NCBI GenBank assembly: GCA_036505175.1
Contig: DASXTV010000044.1
Span: 1,357 to 65,356 of the forward strand
Source of the DNA: Gemmatimonadales bacterium
GTDB taxonomy: Bacteria; Gemmatimonadota; Gemmatimonadetes; Gemmatimonadales; GWC2-71-9
DNA: 64,000 bases
Direction of reading: 5' to 3'
Shown: in pieces, positions 43,453 to 53,903 of the stretch
Layout of the letters: the number at the start of each line of letters is the position of its first letter
Numbering within the stretch: position 1 is the stretch's first letter
Notes under the pieces: model-generated
What the model was told of the DNA's origin: nothing
The model's input: the letters and a program-made list of their open reading frames with translations, nothing else
Databases searched by the model: none
Program-made: the position numbers and the translations under genes

Positions 43453-45641
43453 CACCGCCCCGCGCCATTCTCCTTGGGCTATGCTTGAGCTCGGGTCGAG
43501 CTGCGGCGCAAGCACCAGAGCGCCCCGCACTCCGCATCGCGGAGACGAAAACCGGCGTCAGAATCGACGGCAGGCTGAGCGAGCCTGTCTGGACCACCGC
43601 AGACTCCATTACCAATCTGAGCCAGGTCGAGCCCACGGAAGGGGCCGTCCCATCCGCGAGAACCGTGGTCCGCGTGCTCACGACCGGCGCCGCGATCATC
43701 ATCGGTGTCCGGGCCGACGATCCCGACCCCTCGCGCATCGTCGCCTACGCCCGGCAACGTGACGCGATACTCGACAACGAAGACCACATCGCCATCGTGC
43801 TCGATACGTATCTCGACGGACGGTCGGGCTACGTGTTCGCGATCAATCCCAATGGCGCGCGCTACGACGCACTCGTCAGTAACCAGGGCCAGGGACAGAA
43901 TGCGAATTGGGATGGCGTCTGGGAGGCAGCAGCCAGGCGGACGGTACTGGGTTGGGAAGCGGAGATCCGCATCCCGTTGAAGAGCCTGCTCTTTCGACCG
44001 GGCCTCGATAGATGGGGCTTCAACATCCAGCGCCGCATTCAGCGCTTGCAGGAAACTGACCGCTGGGCGAGCGCAGCGCGCGATTACAACCTCGTGCAAC
44101 CGAGCCGCGCGGGACTCCTGGTCGGCCTGCCCCGGTTCGACCTCGGAGTGGGACTCAGCGTGCGCCCGTCGGTGGCGGGTGGATTCTCGCGCGACAGTGC
44201 TCCCGCGCCGACCTTGGCCGAGAGCCATGCGAGCCTCGACGTCACAGAGCGCCTCGGGAACAACGGTCTCGCGTCGCTCACCGCCAACACCGACTTCGCG
44301 GAAACCGAGGTCGACAGCCGGCGCATCAACCTCACCCGATTCCCGCTGTTCTTCCCAGAGAAGCGCACGTTTTTCCTGGAAGGGGCGGATATCTTCGACT
44401 TTGGGATCGGTCTGGACGAGGATGTGATTCCGTTTTTCAGCCGCCGCATCGGCCTCGTCGAGGATAGTATCGGCGAAGCGCAGCAGGTCCCTATCGATGT
44501 CGGGGCCAAGGTCAATGGCCGGTTCGGCGGCACGAACGTCGGCGCGCTGGCCGTGCGAACTGGTGCGGTTGGCGGATTGCCGACCGCCAATACGATGGCG
44601 GTCGTGCGCGTCAAGCAGAATGTGTTGCGAGAGTCGTCGATCGGCGTGCTCGCGACCGCCGGCGATCCGTTCGGGCGCTCCGGGAGCTGGATGGCGGGTC
44701 CCGATCTGATTTACCAGACATCGCGATTTCGCGGCGACAAGAATTTCCTCGTGGGGGCCTGGGCCCTCACATCGGGGCGCGACGATCTCGGCAGCGATCG
44801 GAGCGCCCTCGGAATCGCGCTCGCGTATCCCAACGATCTCTGGGACATCGGCTTCAGCTACAAACGACTCGGCGCGTCGTTCGATCCGTCCATCGGTTTC
44901 GTGCCGAGGCCCGGAGTCCAGATCGGGCGCCTCAGTTATGTCTGGCAACCGCGGCCGCGCCGGCCGATCGGGCCACTCCACATTCGGCAATGCTTCTGGG
45001 AAAACGAGATTAGCTATGTGACGGGGCTGTCCGGCGGCTGGCAGAGCTATCGCTATTTCATGGCGCCCGTCAACTGCCGGCTCGAGAGCGGCGATCGCTT
45101 CGAGTTCAATATCGTCCCCACCGGCGAGCGGCTCGCCGATTCCTTCGAAGTTGCCGAGAACGTCACCATTCCCGCCGGGACGTACCGGTTCTTGCGCTTT
45201 CGGCTAGAGGCCGGGCTCGCCACCAAGCGCCGCTTCAACGCGCAGGTCACCTGGTGGTTTGGGAAATTCTACGACGGCCGGCTGGATCAGTACGAGATCA
45301 CAGGGGCCTGGAAACCGTCGTCACTCGTGATCGTGGAGTTCTCGGGCGAGTACGACCGAGGCAGGGTGCCGGAGGGCACATTCCGGCAGGATCTCGTCGG
45401 AACGCGCGTGCGCCTCAATGTCTCCCCCGACCTGCAGCTCTCGAGCCTGGTGCAGTACGACACCGAGTCCCACTCGCTCGGCACCAACACGCGCCTGCGG
45501 TGGACCTATCACCCGCTGGGTGACCTCTTCGTCGTCTACAATCACAACCTGCGGACGCGCGATCCGCTGACGGCCGAGCCGGAGGTCACGTTCACGTCGA
45601 ATCAGCTGCTGGTGAAGCTCCAGTACGCGTTCCGCTATTAG
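43368..45641 (+). CDS. CBM9-like/DUF5916-like outer-membrane-associated protein
   Basis: The N-terminal IDGRLSEPVWTTADSITNLSQVEPTEG...DHIAIVLDTYLDGRSGYVFAINPNG pattern, plus a long beta-rich C-terminal region ending ...QYAFRY. The only available starts (GTG 43368/43371) lie 85 nt inside cstA. Confidence 0.7.
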   Translation: MVAGVVAAQAGRGTRGPVCSQHAGRSAIAPPRAILLGLCLSSGRAAAQAPERPALRIAETKTGVRIDGRLSEPVWTTADSITNLSQVEPTEGAVPSARTVVRVLTTGAAIIIGVRADDPDPSRIVAYARQRDAILDNEDHIAIVLDTYLDGRSGYVFAINPNGARYDALVSNQGQGQNANWDGVWEAAARRTVLGWEAEIRIPLKSLLFRPGLDRWGFNIQRRIQRLQETDRWASAARDYNLVQPSRAGLLVGLPRFDLGVGLSVRPSVAGGFSRDSAPAPTLAESHASLDVTERLGNNGLASLTANTDFAETEVDSRRINLTRFPLFFPEKRTFFLEGADIFDFGIGLDEDVIPFFSRRIGLVEDSIGEAQQVPIDVGAKVNGRFGGTNVGALAVRTGAVGGLPTANTMAVVRVKQNVLRESSIGVLATAGDPFGRSGSWMAGPDLIYQTSRFRGDKNFLVGAWALTSGRDDLGSDRSALGIALAYPNDLWDIGFSYKRLGASFDPSIGFVPRPGVQIGRLSYVWQPRPRRPIGPLHIRQCFWENEISYVTGLSGGWQSYRYFMAPVNCRLESGDRFEFNIVPTGERLADSFEVAENVTIPAGTYRFLRFRLEAGLATKRRFNAQVTWWFGKFYDGRLDQYEITGAWKPSSLVIVEFSGEYDRGRVPEGTFRQDLVGTRVRLNVSPDLQLSSLVQYDTESHSLGTNTRLRWTYHPLGDLFVVYNHNLRTRDPLTAEPEVTFTSNQLLVKLQYAFRY

Positions 45642-45648
45642 GCGCCCA

Positions 45649-46524
45649 TCACGGCGACGCGCGCGCGGCATCGAGCGCCGCCCGCAGCCCGCCGAGCACC
45701 TCGGGCAATGGCCCGTCGGCCCAGAAATGCATGTAGTAGATCTTCGGCTCTTCCCCCACCAAGTGACTGTGCAATGCGGTGGCCGTGATGCCGTGCGCGG
45801 TGAGCGCGCCAAACACCGGGCCGACCTTGTCACCGGTAATCGAGAAGTCGCCGGTCGCCACCGCGCGCCCGCCGGCGATTACCTGAATGTTGATCGGGGT
45901 GCCATACGCCTGGGCGGGATTCAGCGTGCGGCCACGCACGGTCACCGCTCCCGGCACCAGCACTGTCGAGAGCTGGACGACGTTGCCCTGCGCGCGCCCG
46001 CGAAGGCCGAGGGTTCCGAAGACCGTCGCCGTATCGATCGTGACCGGCTGGGGCGCGGGGGCCGTCACCGGTCGAGGAGTCTTCGTGCGGGCCAGGACTC
46101 GATCGACTCGCGCCGCGAGGTCGAGCGGCCGCCCCTCGGCGTGGAAGTGGACGTACGTGACCTGCGGATCACCCACGACGTGGTTGTGGATGGCGCTGAC
46201 GTCGATCCGCTGCGTCGCGAGCTCCGCCAGCGTGGCCTTGACCTCGTCGGGGGCGAGCACGAGGTCACCCATCACCGTCGAGTTTCCCGAGTCGCCGGCG
46301 AATCCCGCCCAGGCGCCCAACGCGAGCGCAGGCGCGACGGTGACGTCGCCGATCATGAGGGTGATGTCGCGGCGCGGCCACCCGAAGCGGTAGTAGCCGC
46401 CCGTCATCGTGCCGGTGGTCTTCAGGATTTTGCCGACCGAGTCCCACGGGGCGCCCAGCGGCGTTTGCGCGTCCAGTACCGGGGCCGACAGGATGAGAGC
46501 GATGAGCGGCAAACGGGCGTACAT
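45649..46524 (-). CDS. DUF1259 (LppY/LpqO-like) exported protein
   Basis: Signal peptide ...LDAQ. Two internal halves each carry an (I/L)HxH...HF(H/W)A motif (SAIHNHVVGDPQVTYVHFHAEG / TALHSHLVGEEPKIYYMHFWADG). Confidence 0.7.
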   Translation of the reverse strand: MYARLPLIALILSAPVLDAQTPLGAPWDSVGKILKTTGTMTGGYYRFGWPRRDITLMIGDVTVAPALALGAWAGFAGDSGNSTVMGDLVLAPDEVKATLAELATQRIDVSAIHNHVVGDPQVTYVHFHAEGRPLDLAARVDRVLARTKTPRPVTAPAPQPVTIDTATVFGTLGLRGRAQGNVVQLSTVLVPGAVTVRGRTLNPAQAYGTPINIQVIAGGRAVATGDFSITGDKVGPVFGALTAHGITATALHSHLVGEEPKIYYMHFWADGPLPEVLGGLRAALDAARASP

Positions 46525-46535
46525 AGATTAACCTC

Positions 46536-47783
46536 GTGCGCGAGCGTTTATCAGCGAAGGACCCTCATATACACCTGAGTGGTCACACCGGCGACCGGCG
46601 ACTGCTGCTGCTCACACGCTCCCTGCGCCTGTTTGCGTACGGCAGCCTGTCAGTAGTTCTGGTCTTCTATCTCACCGCGCTCGGGCTCACCACGGCGCAA
46701 ATCGGCTTGTTGTTGACGCTGACCCTGATCGGCGACACGCTCGTTTCCTTCTTCCTTACAACGCGCGCCGACCGACTGGGGCGCCGGCGCATGCTGGTGG
46801 TGGGCGCAATCCTCATGGCCATGGCCGGACTCCTCTTCGCACTCACCAGCAACTTTGTGATTCTCTTGCTTGCCGCGACTATCGGCGTGATCAGCCCGAG
46901 CGGCAACGAAGTCGGGCCCTTCCTGCCCGTTGAACAGGCGGCGCTGGCGCACGTCGTTCAGGTGCAACACCGGACATCGGCATTCGCCTGGTACACGCTC
47001 GTGGGTGCCTTCGCGACCGCGGCAGGTTCGCTCGGCGTGGGCGCTCTGCTGCACGCGCTCCAGCAGACGGGGGCGACTCCGTTACGAAGCTATCGCCTGG
47101 TCGTCATACTTTATGCCGTCGTTGGCTTGGTGCTAGCTGTGAGCTTCACGCGCCTCTCACCGGCCGTGGAAGTGATCGACGTGCCCCGCGGGTCGCGGCT
47201 CGGTGTGAATCGATCACGCCCGATCGTGCTGAAACTCGCCGCGCTGTTCGCGCTCGATTCGTTCGCGGGCGGGTTCGTCGTGCAAAGCTTCACGGCCTAC
47301 TGGTTTTATCTGCGCTTCGGCGTAAGCCCCGCGAACCTGGGAATGATCTTCTTCGGGGCCAACGTCCTCGCCGGCGTGTCCGCGCTACTGGCCTCGCGAC
47401 TCGCCGCGCGTTTTGGGCTCGTGAACACGATGGTGTTTACACACCTGCCATCGAACCTGCTGCTGATTCTGGTGCCATTGATGCCGACGCTCCCGCTCGC
47501 CGTTCTGGCCCTATTTACGCGCTTTAGCATCAGCCAGATGGATGTGCCGACCAGGCAGGCATATCTGATGGCAGTCGTGCGGCCGGAAGAGCGGTCGGCA
47601 GCGGCGGGCATTACCGGCGTGGCGCGCACGACGGGCGCGGCTGTCGCTCCTGCATTTGCCGGCTTGCTGTTCGCGCAGCCCACGCTGATCAACTTCCCGT
47701 TCTTCATCGCGGGTACGCTGAAGATCGTCTACGACGTGTGGCTGTACAGGGCATTTGTGAAAGTTCGTCCCCGCGAGGAATGA
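46536..47783 (+). CDS. MFS transporter
   Basis: About 12 TM segments and a DRLGRRRML motif in loop 2-3. GTG start. Confidence 0.8.
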   Translation: MRERLSAKDPHIHLSGHTGDRRLLLLTRSLRLFAYGSLSVVLVFYLTALGLTTAQIGLLLTLTLIGDTLVSFFLTTRADRLGRRRMLVVGAILMAMAGLLFALTSNFVILLLAATIGVISPSGNEVGPFLPVEQAALAHVVQVQHRTSAFAWYTLVGAFATAAGSLGVGALLHALQQTGATPLRSYRLVVILYAVVGLVLAVSFTRLSPAVEVIDVPRGSRLGVNRSRPIVLKLAALFALDSFAGGFVVQSFTAYWFYLRFGVSPANLGMIFFGANVLAGVSALLASRLAARFGLVNTMVFTHLPSNLLLILVPLMPTLPLAVLALFTRFSISQMDVPTRQAYLMAVVRPEERSAAAGITGVARTTGAAVAPAFAGLLFAQPTLINFPFFIAGTLKIVYDVWLYRAFVKVRPREE

Positions 47784-47902
47784 TGTCGCCTGCGATGGAT
47801 TGATTCCTTAACGTGCCGAGCATACAGCCGCTCGAGCGAGCTGCCCGCGTAGACGAGCACCGTCTTGATGTTGAGACAGCCGATCGCTGTTCGCATCTGT
47901 CC

Positions 47903-49489
47903 TCACGGTTGCACACCGGTACCGCACGGGGTCCCGCCGTACCCGGCGTTCTGGCACAGCGCCGGATTGGCATTGATCTGGGACTGCGGAATCGGGAATC
48001 GCTTCCGGTAGGTCACGAGCTTGCCTGCCCGGTTGGCGTTGGGATCGTGGGCCTGGAGGCTGTTGAGCCAGTAGCCGGGCTCTTCGGAATCGCGGCGCAC
48101 CAAGTCGAACCAGCGCTTGGCCTCGAAGGCGAGCTCCCAGGCACGCTCCATGAAGATCGCATCGCGGAGTCCGAGCGTATCGCCCGGTGACGGGTAGTCA
48201 GCCGGCTCCGTTCGGTTCTCCACTCCCGTCCCTTTCCGCGCGCGGGCGCGAACCATGTTTAGGTACTGCGTCGCGACGAGGGTGTTGCCCAGCTCGTTCT
48301 GCGCTTCGGCGTAGATCAGTAGCGTTTCAGCATAGCGGTACAGCGGCACATCGACGTCGTTCAGGCCCCAATTGGCTCCGCCGTCGCTCTTGACGTATTT
48401 CCACGACATCCGTCCGTCCGCGAACGTGTCGGGCGGCGTGATGCAGTGTTTTCCATCGAAGCTGCAGCCGCTGTTGACGTAGCCAGCATCTTTTCGGTAA
48501 TCGCCGGGCATGTAGCTGTTCAAGAACCACGTGGTGGGGTGAATGAGACCCCAACCCCCGCCCTGGCCCAGGTCGAGTCCCCAATCGCGCGGGTAATAGA
48601 ACAGCTGGAAAATGCTGCTCGTGCGGCCGTTCAGCCCCGAGTTGTTGATGGTGAAGATCATCTCCCGGTTCCCGAACTTGTTTCGAGGCAGGAACGTGCT
48701 GAAATAGTCATCGTTCAAGCGCCAGCCGCCGGAGACGATGATGCTGTCCGCCCAGTCCGACGCTTGCTGCCACTCGTTCTTCCCCATGAAACTCGACCGC
48801 CACAAATACAGATCGGCGAGGGCCATCTGCGCGGCGGCCTTCGTAATGCGACCCTGTGTGGGAACGCCGTAGCTGTCCGTGGAACCCCACGTCGCCGGGA
48901 GGGCGGCCTGAGCGTCGGTCAGGTCGGCGATGGCGGCCTGCTGGACCTGTTCGTAGGGCGTACGGGTGGGACGCAGGTTCTCCTGCTCTTCGGGCGTCAA
49001 CAGCAGCGGCACGCCGTCGTACGCCCTGGTCAGCATGAAGTACGCGTAGCCGCGGAAGAACTTGGCCTCGGCGAGATTGTAGGCCTTCATCTGAGCGAGC
49101 GGCGCCGGCACCTCGATGCCGGGACCCCGCGCGAGGACGAGATTCGCCCGGGTGATCATGGCGTATCCCGTCGGCCAGTACTGGTCGGTGCGGCCGGTGC
49201 TGGCGTCCCAGTCGAGACGGTCGGGCCCGTACGTTCCGGCGTTCGGCTCGCGGTTGTCGGCGCGGATCTGATCGGAAGCGAGCTCGGGGGTCGTCCATTG
49301 CGACTGCCCCTGGAGCCCCCGCAGCGCGTTGTAGATGGCGATTGTGGCGTTGTTCAGGTCGGCCCCGGTCTTGAAGAAGGCATCCATCGTGGTCGCCCCC
49401 TTCGGGTCCTCGTTCAGGAGATCGGAGCATGCGGCGCCCGCGAGTCCGAGGGCGAGGGCCACGGTCGTCGTCAGCTGCCTGCTTGTCAT
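47903..49489 (-). CDS. RagB/SusD-family outer-membrane nutrient-binding lipoprotein
   Basis: Lipobox LAGAAC-S. SusD-like helical N-terminal part (RAYDGVPLL, LADLYLW, EAQNELG motifs). Lies directly downstream of the SusC-like gene. Confidence 0.85.
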   Translation of the reverse strand: MTSRQLTTTVALALGLAGAACSDLLNEDPKGATTMDAFFKTGADLNNATIAIYNALRGLQGQSQWTTPELASDQIRADNREPNAGTYGPDRLDWDASTGRTDQYWPTGYAMITRANLVLARGPGIEVPAPLAQMKAYNLAEAKFFRGYAYFMLTRAYDGVPLLLTPEEQENLRPTRTPYEQVQQAAIADLTDAQAALPATWGSTDSYGVPTQGRITKAAAQMALADLYLWRSSFMGKNEWQQASDWADSIIVSGGWRLNDDYFSTFLPRNKFGNREMIFTINNSGLNGRTSSIFQLFYYPRDWGLDLGQGGGWGLIHPTTWFLNSYMPGDYRKDAGYVNSGCSFDGKHCITPPDTFADGRMSWKYVKSDGGANWGLNDVDVPLYRYAETLLIYAEAQNELGNTLVATQYLNMVRARARKGTGVENRTEPADYPSPGDTLGLRDAIFMERAWELAFEAKRWFDLVRRDSEEPGYWLNSLQAHDPNANRAGKLVTYRKRFPIPQSQINANPALCQNAGYGGTPCGTGVQP

Positions 49490-49511
49490 GTGAGTCGCTC
49501 CTTTCCCTGGC

Positions 49512-52500
49512 TCAGAAGGTGGCGCTGAGGCCGAAGTTCCAGACCCGCGACCGCGGGTAGGCGCCTATGTCGATGCCGCCGAATCGCGGATCGCCGCCCA
49601 TACTGTTGACGTCCGGATCGAATCCCGAGTACTGCGTCGCGATCCAGAGGTTTTGGCCCGTGACGTACACATGGGCCGAGGTAGCGCGTGGAATCAGGCT
49701 CGCGGGGAGCTGGTAGCCGAGCGTGAGAGCCTGAAGACGAACGTAGGATCCCTCCTCCACGAGCGTGCTGTAGAGGCGGCGCGGCCGGCCCTGGTTGGCC
49801 CGCGGGATGTCCGTATTCGTGTGGGTCGGGGTCCAACGGTCGAGCGCCGTCTTGCGCTCGTTGTTCTGGAGCAGGAGCAGCTCACCGTAGGCCTTCCCGG
49901 CGTTGATGATCTTGTTGCCCTCGGTGAAGTTGACGACCGCGTCGAGCGAGAACGGCCCGTAGGTCAACGTGTTCACGAGACCGCCGTAGAAGGCAGGATC
50001 GCCGTGCCCGAGGATCTGCCGGTCGGCCGCGGTGATCGAGCTGTCGCCGTTCGTGTCGACGATCTTGTACTCGCCCGGCACGCAGTTCGAAGCGGGATTC
50101 TTCAGGTAGCACTGATCGCCCGGCTGCCACAGGCCGGTGACACGGTATCCGTAGATGGAGCTGACCGGCTCGCCTACGCGCAGGATGTAGATGTCGCCGG
50201 GGCTGAAGAAGTTGCCGGTTCGCGGGCTCAAGAACAGCTCGCGCGCCACGCCGAGGTTGAGGACCTTGTTGCGGTTGGCCGCCAGGTTCAGCGTGGTCCG
50301 CCAGGTCAGGCGGTCTCGCTGGATGTTGAGGGTGCTGAGCGACAGCTCCACGCCCCGGTTTTGTACCGACCCGATGTTCTGCAGCTGGCTGCCAAACCCG
50401 GTGGTAGATGGCAGCGTCACTGAGAAAAGCAGGTCCTCGGTCTTCGCGCGGTAGACGTCGAGGGTGAGCGACAGCCGGTTGTTGAAGAGCGCCGCGTCCA
50501 GCCCCGCGTTCAGCTGGGTCTGCTGTTCCCACTTCAGGTCGGGATTGGGCTTGTTGCCGCCCGGCGTCAACGCCGGGACCTCCGTCGTGCCGAAGGAATA
50601 GAACCCCACACCAAGCAGCCAGAGCGACTGATAGGAGCCCACCGCCTGATTGCCGACCTGGCCGTAGCTGAGGCGCAGCTTCAGGTCATTGACGATCGAC
50701 TGGTGCTGCATGAAGCCTTCGTCCGAGACCCGCCAGGCGAACGCGCCGGAGGGGAAGAAGGCCCACTTGTGGTGCGCGCCGAACCGGCTCGAGCCGTCGT
50801 AGCGGCTGCTCAGGGTGAAGATGTACTTGTCGGACACGTTGTAGACGGCCCGGCCGAGATAGGAGAGCATGGCCGCGTCGGAGGTGCCACTCGTGATCCC
50901 GGCGAATTGCGCGCTCGAGCCGAGGTTGTAGACGTTGAACTCGTCGGTCGCGAAGATGGAGCCGTCGGCGCGCAGGTTCTCGTTGTAGGTCGTCTGCACC
51001 GAGACGTCGCCCATCAGGTCCAGATTGCCGGGCCCCAGGGCGCGGTGATACGTAACGGTGTTTTCATTGATCAGATCCCGGCTCTGACTGGAGGACATCC
51101 ATCCGTTCCCGGCGAACCCGCCGGCGAGGATAGTGCGGGGGGCGTAGTTGTGGATGCCGTCGAACTGGAAATTCCCCCCGAACGTGCTCCGCACGCGCAG
51201 GGCGGGCGTGACATCGAGCTCGGCGACGACGTTTCCCAGCAAGCGCGATGTCGTGTTCAGATCCGTCAGCTCGGTCGCGTTCGCGATCGGGTTCGGCACT
51301 GGCTCGGTCGTCGGCGACGTCTTGACCCAGGTCCCGTCAGGGTTCCGGGGCGGTGAGAACGGGGCGAACTCCATCGCCGCCTGGATCCCGTTGGCGCTGT
51401 TGCCGACCGAGCCGTTTTCGACCAGCGGCGCATTGCGGGCGACGCGCGTAAAGCTCAGGCTCGTGCTCACCCGAAACCGGGGGCTCATATCGGCGTCGAC
51501 GTTGAGACGCCCGGCATATCGTCTGAAGTCCGAACCGAGCTCGATACCCTTCTGGGACGTGTAATTCCCGCTGAGCAGGTACCGCAGGCGTTGGTCGCCG
51601 CCGGAGAAGGTGAGCGCCTGGGTCGCCTGGGGAGCCGTCCGTAGCATCATCGACGGATAGTCGTACGTCGGCGCCACGGCGATCATCGAGTCGGTATACA
51701 GGGGCGTGCTGCCGGCATTGATCCGCGCCTCGTTCGAGAGCCGCATGAAATCCGGTCCGGAGAGCACCGGGATCGTCTTCGAGACGTCCTGGTAGCCCGC
51801 GCTCGTTTCGAGCGTGAGCCGACTCTCCCCACGGCGGCCGCGTCTGGTCGTCACCATCACGACGCCATTTGCGCCGCGCGATCCGTAGATCGCGGTCGCG
51901 GATGCGTCCTTCAGCACATCGATCGCGTCGATGTCGCTGGGGTCGATCGACATCAGCGGGTTGGCCTTGGGATCCTGCGAGGAGGTTCCCTGCTCCGCCG
52001 GGATGCCGTCGATCACGTACAGTGGCTCGCTGTTCGCGCTGATCGAGCCGGTGCCGCGGACGCGGACGCGCACGCCGCCGCCGGGCATGCCGGTGTTCGA
52101 CGTCACTTGGACACCGGGCGCCTTACCCTGCAGCCCGCTGGAGAGCGTGACGGTAGGCGCGGCTTTGGTCTCGAATTCGTCGGCGGACACCGACGCCACG
52201 GCTCCCGTGAGATCCCGCTTCTCGATTGTCGCATAGCCGATCGCGACCACAGGGTTGAGCTCGATAGCGCTGGGCCGTAGATGGAAGTCGACAGCCGTCT
52301 GCTGACCGTCCTGCACGGCGATACTCGTATCGGCCGGAACGTAGCCAAGCGCGCGGCCGCGCAGCCGGTACGTCCCCGGCGGTACGTCAGCGATAGTGAA
52401 CTGGCCGTCCGTCCCGGTCTCCACACTGAACCGGGTGCCAACGAGTGATACCCGTGCGTTCAGGAGGGACGTGCCACTGGCCGCATCCCGGACGGTCCCG

Positions 52501-52862
52501 GCGATCGAGCCCGTCTGCCGTCGCGCCCGCCCGTCCGGCGCGTCGGAGACGAGGAGAATCTGGCCGGTTCGGTCAACCGTCGGCACGGCACCGGTGCCCT
52601 GAAGTAGCTGGTCCAGCGCGACGCGGACGGAGACCGCGTCGAGCCGCATGGAGACCCACCGCTCCAGCGGTACGACCCGACGCGAATACGCGATGCGAAC
52701 GCCGGCGCGCCGCGCGACTTCGTCGAGCGCGTCCTTCAACGACACGCGCTCCAGCGCGAGGGTTACCGTGTTATCGAGTGGTGGACGTGGCTCGATTTGC
52801 CACTGGGCGGCGCAGGGGGCCGTCGGCATGCCCACCATCACCAACATGATCGAGAACCGCAT
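49512..52862 (-). CDS. SusC/RagA-family TonB-linked outer-membrane protein with N-terminal STN signalling domain
   Basis: Start at MRFSIMLVMVG (52862). STN-like segment (SLKDALDEVARRAGVRIAYS...VRVALDQLLQGTG), CarboxypepD_reg-like GSIAGTVRDAASG..., plug (DVLKDASATAIYGSRGANGVVMVTTRRG), and C-terminus ...FGLSATF. Confidence 0.9.
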   Translation of the reverse strand: MRFSIMLVMVGMPTAPCAAQWQIEPRPPLDNTVTLALERVSLKDALDEVARRAGVRIAYSRRVVPLERWVSMRLDAVSVRVALDQLLQGTGAVPTVDRTGQILLVSDAPDGRARRQTGSIAGTVRDAASGTSLLNARVSLVGTRFSVETGTDGQFTIADVPPGTYRLRGRALGYVPADTSIAVQDGQQTAVDFHLRPSAIELNPVVAIGYATIEKRDLTGAVASVSADEFETKAAPTVTLSSGLQGKAPGVQVTSNTGMPGGGVRVRVRGTGSISANSEPLYVIDGIPAEQGTSSQDPKANPLMSIDPSDIDAIDVLKDASATAIYGSRGANGVVMVTTRRGRRGESRLTLETSAGYQDVSKTIPVLSGPDFMRLSNEARINAGSTPLYTDSMIAVAPTYDYPSMMLRTAPQATQALTFSGGDQRLRYLLSGNYTSQKGIELGSDFRRYAGRLNVDADMSPRFRVSTSLSFTRVARNAPLVENGSVGNSANGIQAAMEFAPFSPPRNPDGTWVKTSPTTEPVPNPIANATELTDLNTTSRLLGNVVAELDVTPALRVRSTFGGNFQFDGIHNYAPRTILAGGFAGNGWMSSSQSRDLINENTVTYHRALGPGNLDLMGDVSVQTTYNENLRADGSIFATDEFNVYNLGSSAQFAGITSGTSDAAMLSYLGRAVYNVSDKYIFTLSSRYDGSSRFGAHHKWAFFPSGAFAWRVSDEGFMQHQSIVNDLKLRLSYGQVGNQAVGSYQSLWLLGVGFYSFGTTEVPALTPGGNKPNPDLKWEQQTQLNAGLDAALFNNRLSLTLDVYRAKTEDLLFSVTLPSTTGFGSQLQNIGSVQNRGVELSLSTLNIQRDRLTWRTTLNLAANRNKVLNLGVARELFLSPRTGNFFSPGDIYILRVGEPVSSIYGYRVTGLWQPGDQCYLKNPASNCVPGEYKIVDTNGDSSITAADRQILGHGDPAFYGGLVNTLTYGPFSLDAVVNFTEGNKIINAGKAYGELLLLQNNERKTALDRWTPTHTNTDIPRANQGRPRRLYSTLVEEGSYVRLQALTLGYQLPASLIPRATSAHVYVTGQNLWIATQYSGFDPDVNSMGGDPRFGGIDIGAYPRSRVWNFGLSATF

Positions 52863-52878
52863 AGCCAGTTTCCTCCGT

Positions 52879-53871
52879 CTAGTGTCGCGGGCGAACCGGG
52901 ACAAAGCGCACCAGTCGTCCAGTCCGCGTGGCGCGGACGTTGAGCACCTGTGCCAAGGCTTTGACCGCCTCGTCGGCCGACTTGGCCATGAAGGAGATCG
53001 TGACCCGCTCCTCGGCCAATGCTTCGTCGACCTCGATCTCGAGATCGTACCAGCGTTCGAGCTGCGCGATAACGCGGGCGAGTGGCGCGTCGTCGAACAA
53101 CAGCGCCCCACGAGTCCAGGCGAGATAGTTCGCCAGCGGAACATCGCGCATGACCGTGGCCCCGCCGGCCGAGTCAAGCACGGCACGTTCGCGCGGGCGC
53201 AGCGTCACGAGCACCGAGTCGACACGCGCCAAGCCGCGTAGTGCCACCCGGCCCTCGGCGACCACGACCTGCATTGAGGCTTCCTGCCGGTAAGCGCGGA
53301 CGGCGAACTCGGTGCCGAGGTCCTGCGTCGACGCGTGCTCCGTGCGTACGATGAAGGGGCGCTTCGCGTCGTACTCCACGACGAAGTACGCCTCACCCTC
53401 GAGGTCCACCGTCCGGCTGCGGCCCCCGTAATCCCGCGGCACCCGCAAGCGGGTGTCGACGCCGAGCAGTACACGAGAACCGTCTGATAGCGTCAGTGAG
53501 GACAGTTGGCCACGCGCCGTGGCGTACGCGTGGGACGCACCGCTACGGCGGGGGAAATACCACAGCAGGGACACCACAAGCAGGACCGCGATTGACGCCG
53601 CGACCTGCGTGGCCCAAGGTGCCGTCCACCAACGACGCCTGGGGGGGGCCGCTACGAGCTCCAAAGTGGGCTTGGCGCGCTCGGGACGCCCAGGCGATTC
53701 CGGGGTGTCCCAGTCTCGCGTGGTGTCGCCCGTGAGTCGCCACACCGCGCGCAGCTGGTCCAGCAGCTCGCCGCGCTTTGGATCGGCGACGATCCATGCC
53801 TGGATCGCGGCCGCCTCTTCGGGCGAGCAGTCGCCTTCGATCAAGCGAAGCAGGTCGGCGTGTTCGAACAT
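52879..53871 (-). CDS. FecR-family transmembrane anti-sigma factor
   Basis: Start MFEHADLLRLIEGDCSPEEAAAIQAWI. Single TM segment (VAASIAVLLVVSLLWYF). FecR domain and a C-terminal DUF4974-like LARVIAQLERWYDLEIEV. Confidence 0.85.
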   Translation of the reverse strand: MFEHADLLRLIEGDCSPEEAAAIQAWIVADPKRGELLDQLRAVWRLTGDTTRDWDTPESPGRPERAKPTLELVAAPPRRRWWTAPWATQVAASIAVLLVVSLLWYFPRRSGASHAYATARGQLSSLTLSDGSRVLLGVDTRLRVPRDYGGRSRTVDLEGEAYFVVEYDAKRPFIVRTEHASTQDLGTEFAVRAYRQEASMQVVVAEGRVALRGLARVDSVLVTLRPRERAVLDSAGGATVMRDVPLANYLAWTRGALLFDDAPLARVIAQLERWYDLEIEVDEALAEERVTISFMAKSADEAVKALAQVLNVRATRTGRLVRFVPVRPRH

Positions 53872-53903
53872 GGGGCTCTCATCTTGAGAACCCCTGGGGA
53901 GGC

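Noticed and set aside
47784-47902. Convergent spacer between the MFS and SusD genes as a possible bidirectional terminator or sRNA
   Set aside because: It contains only a loop-less 10-bp palindrome (CGCTCGAGCG) and a 5-bp stem (ACAGC/GCTGT), with no T-run. That is too weak to call.
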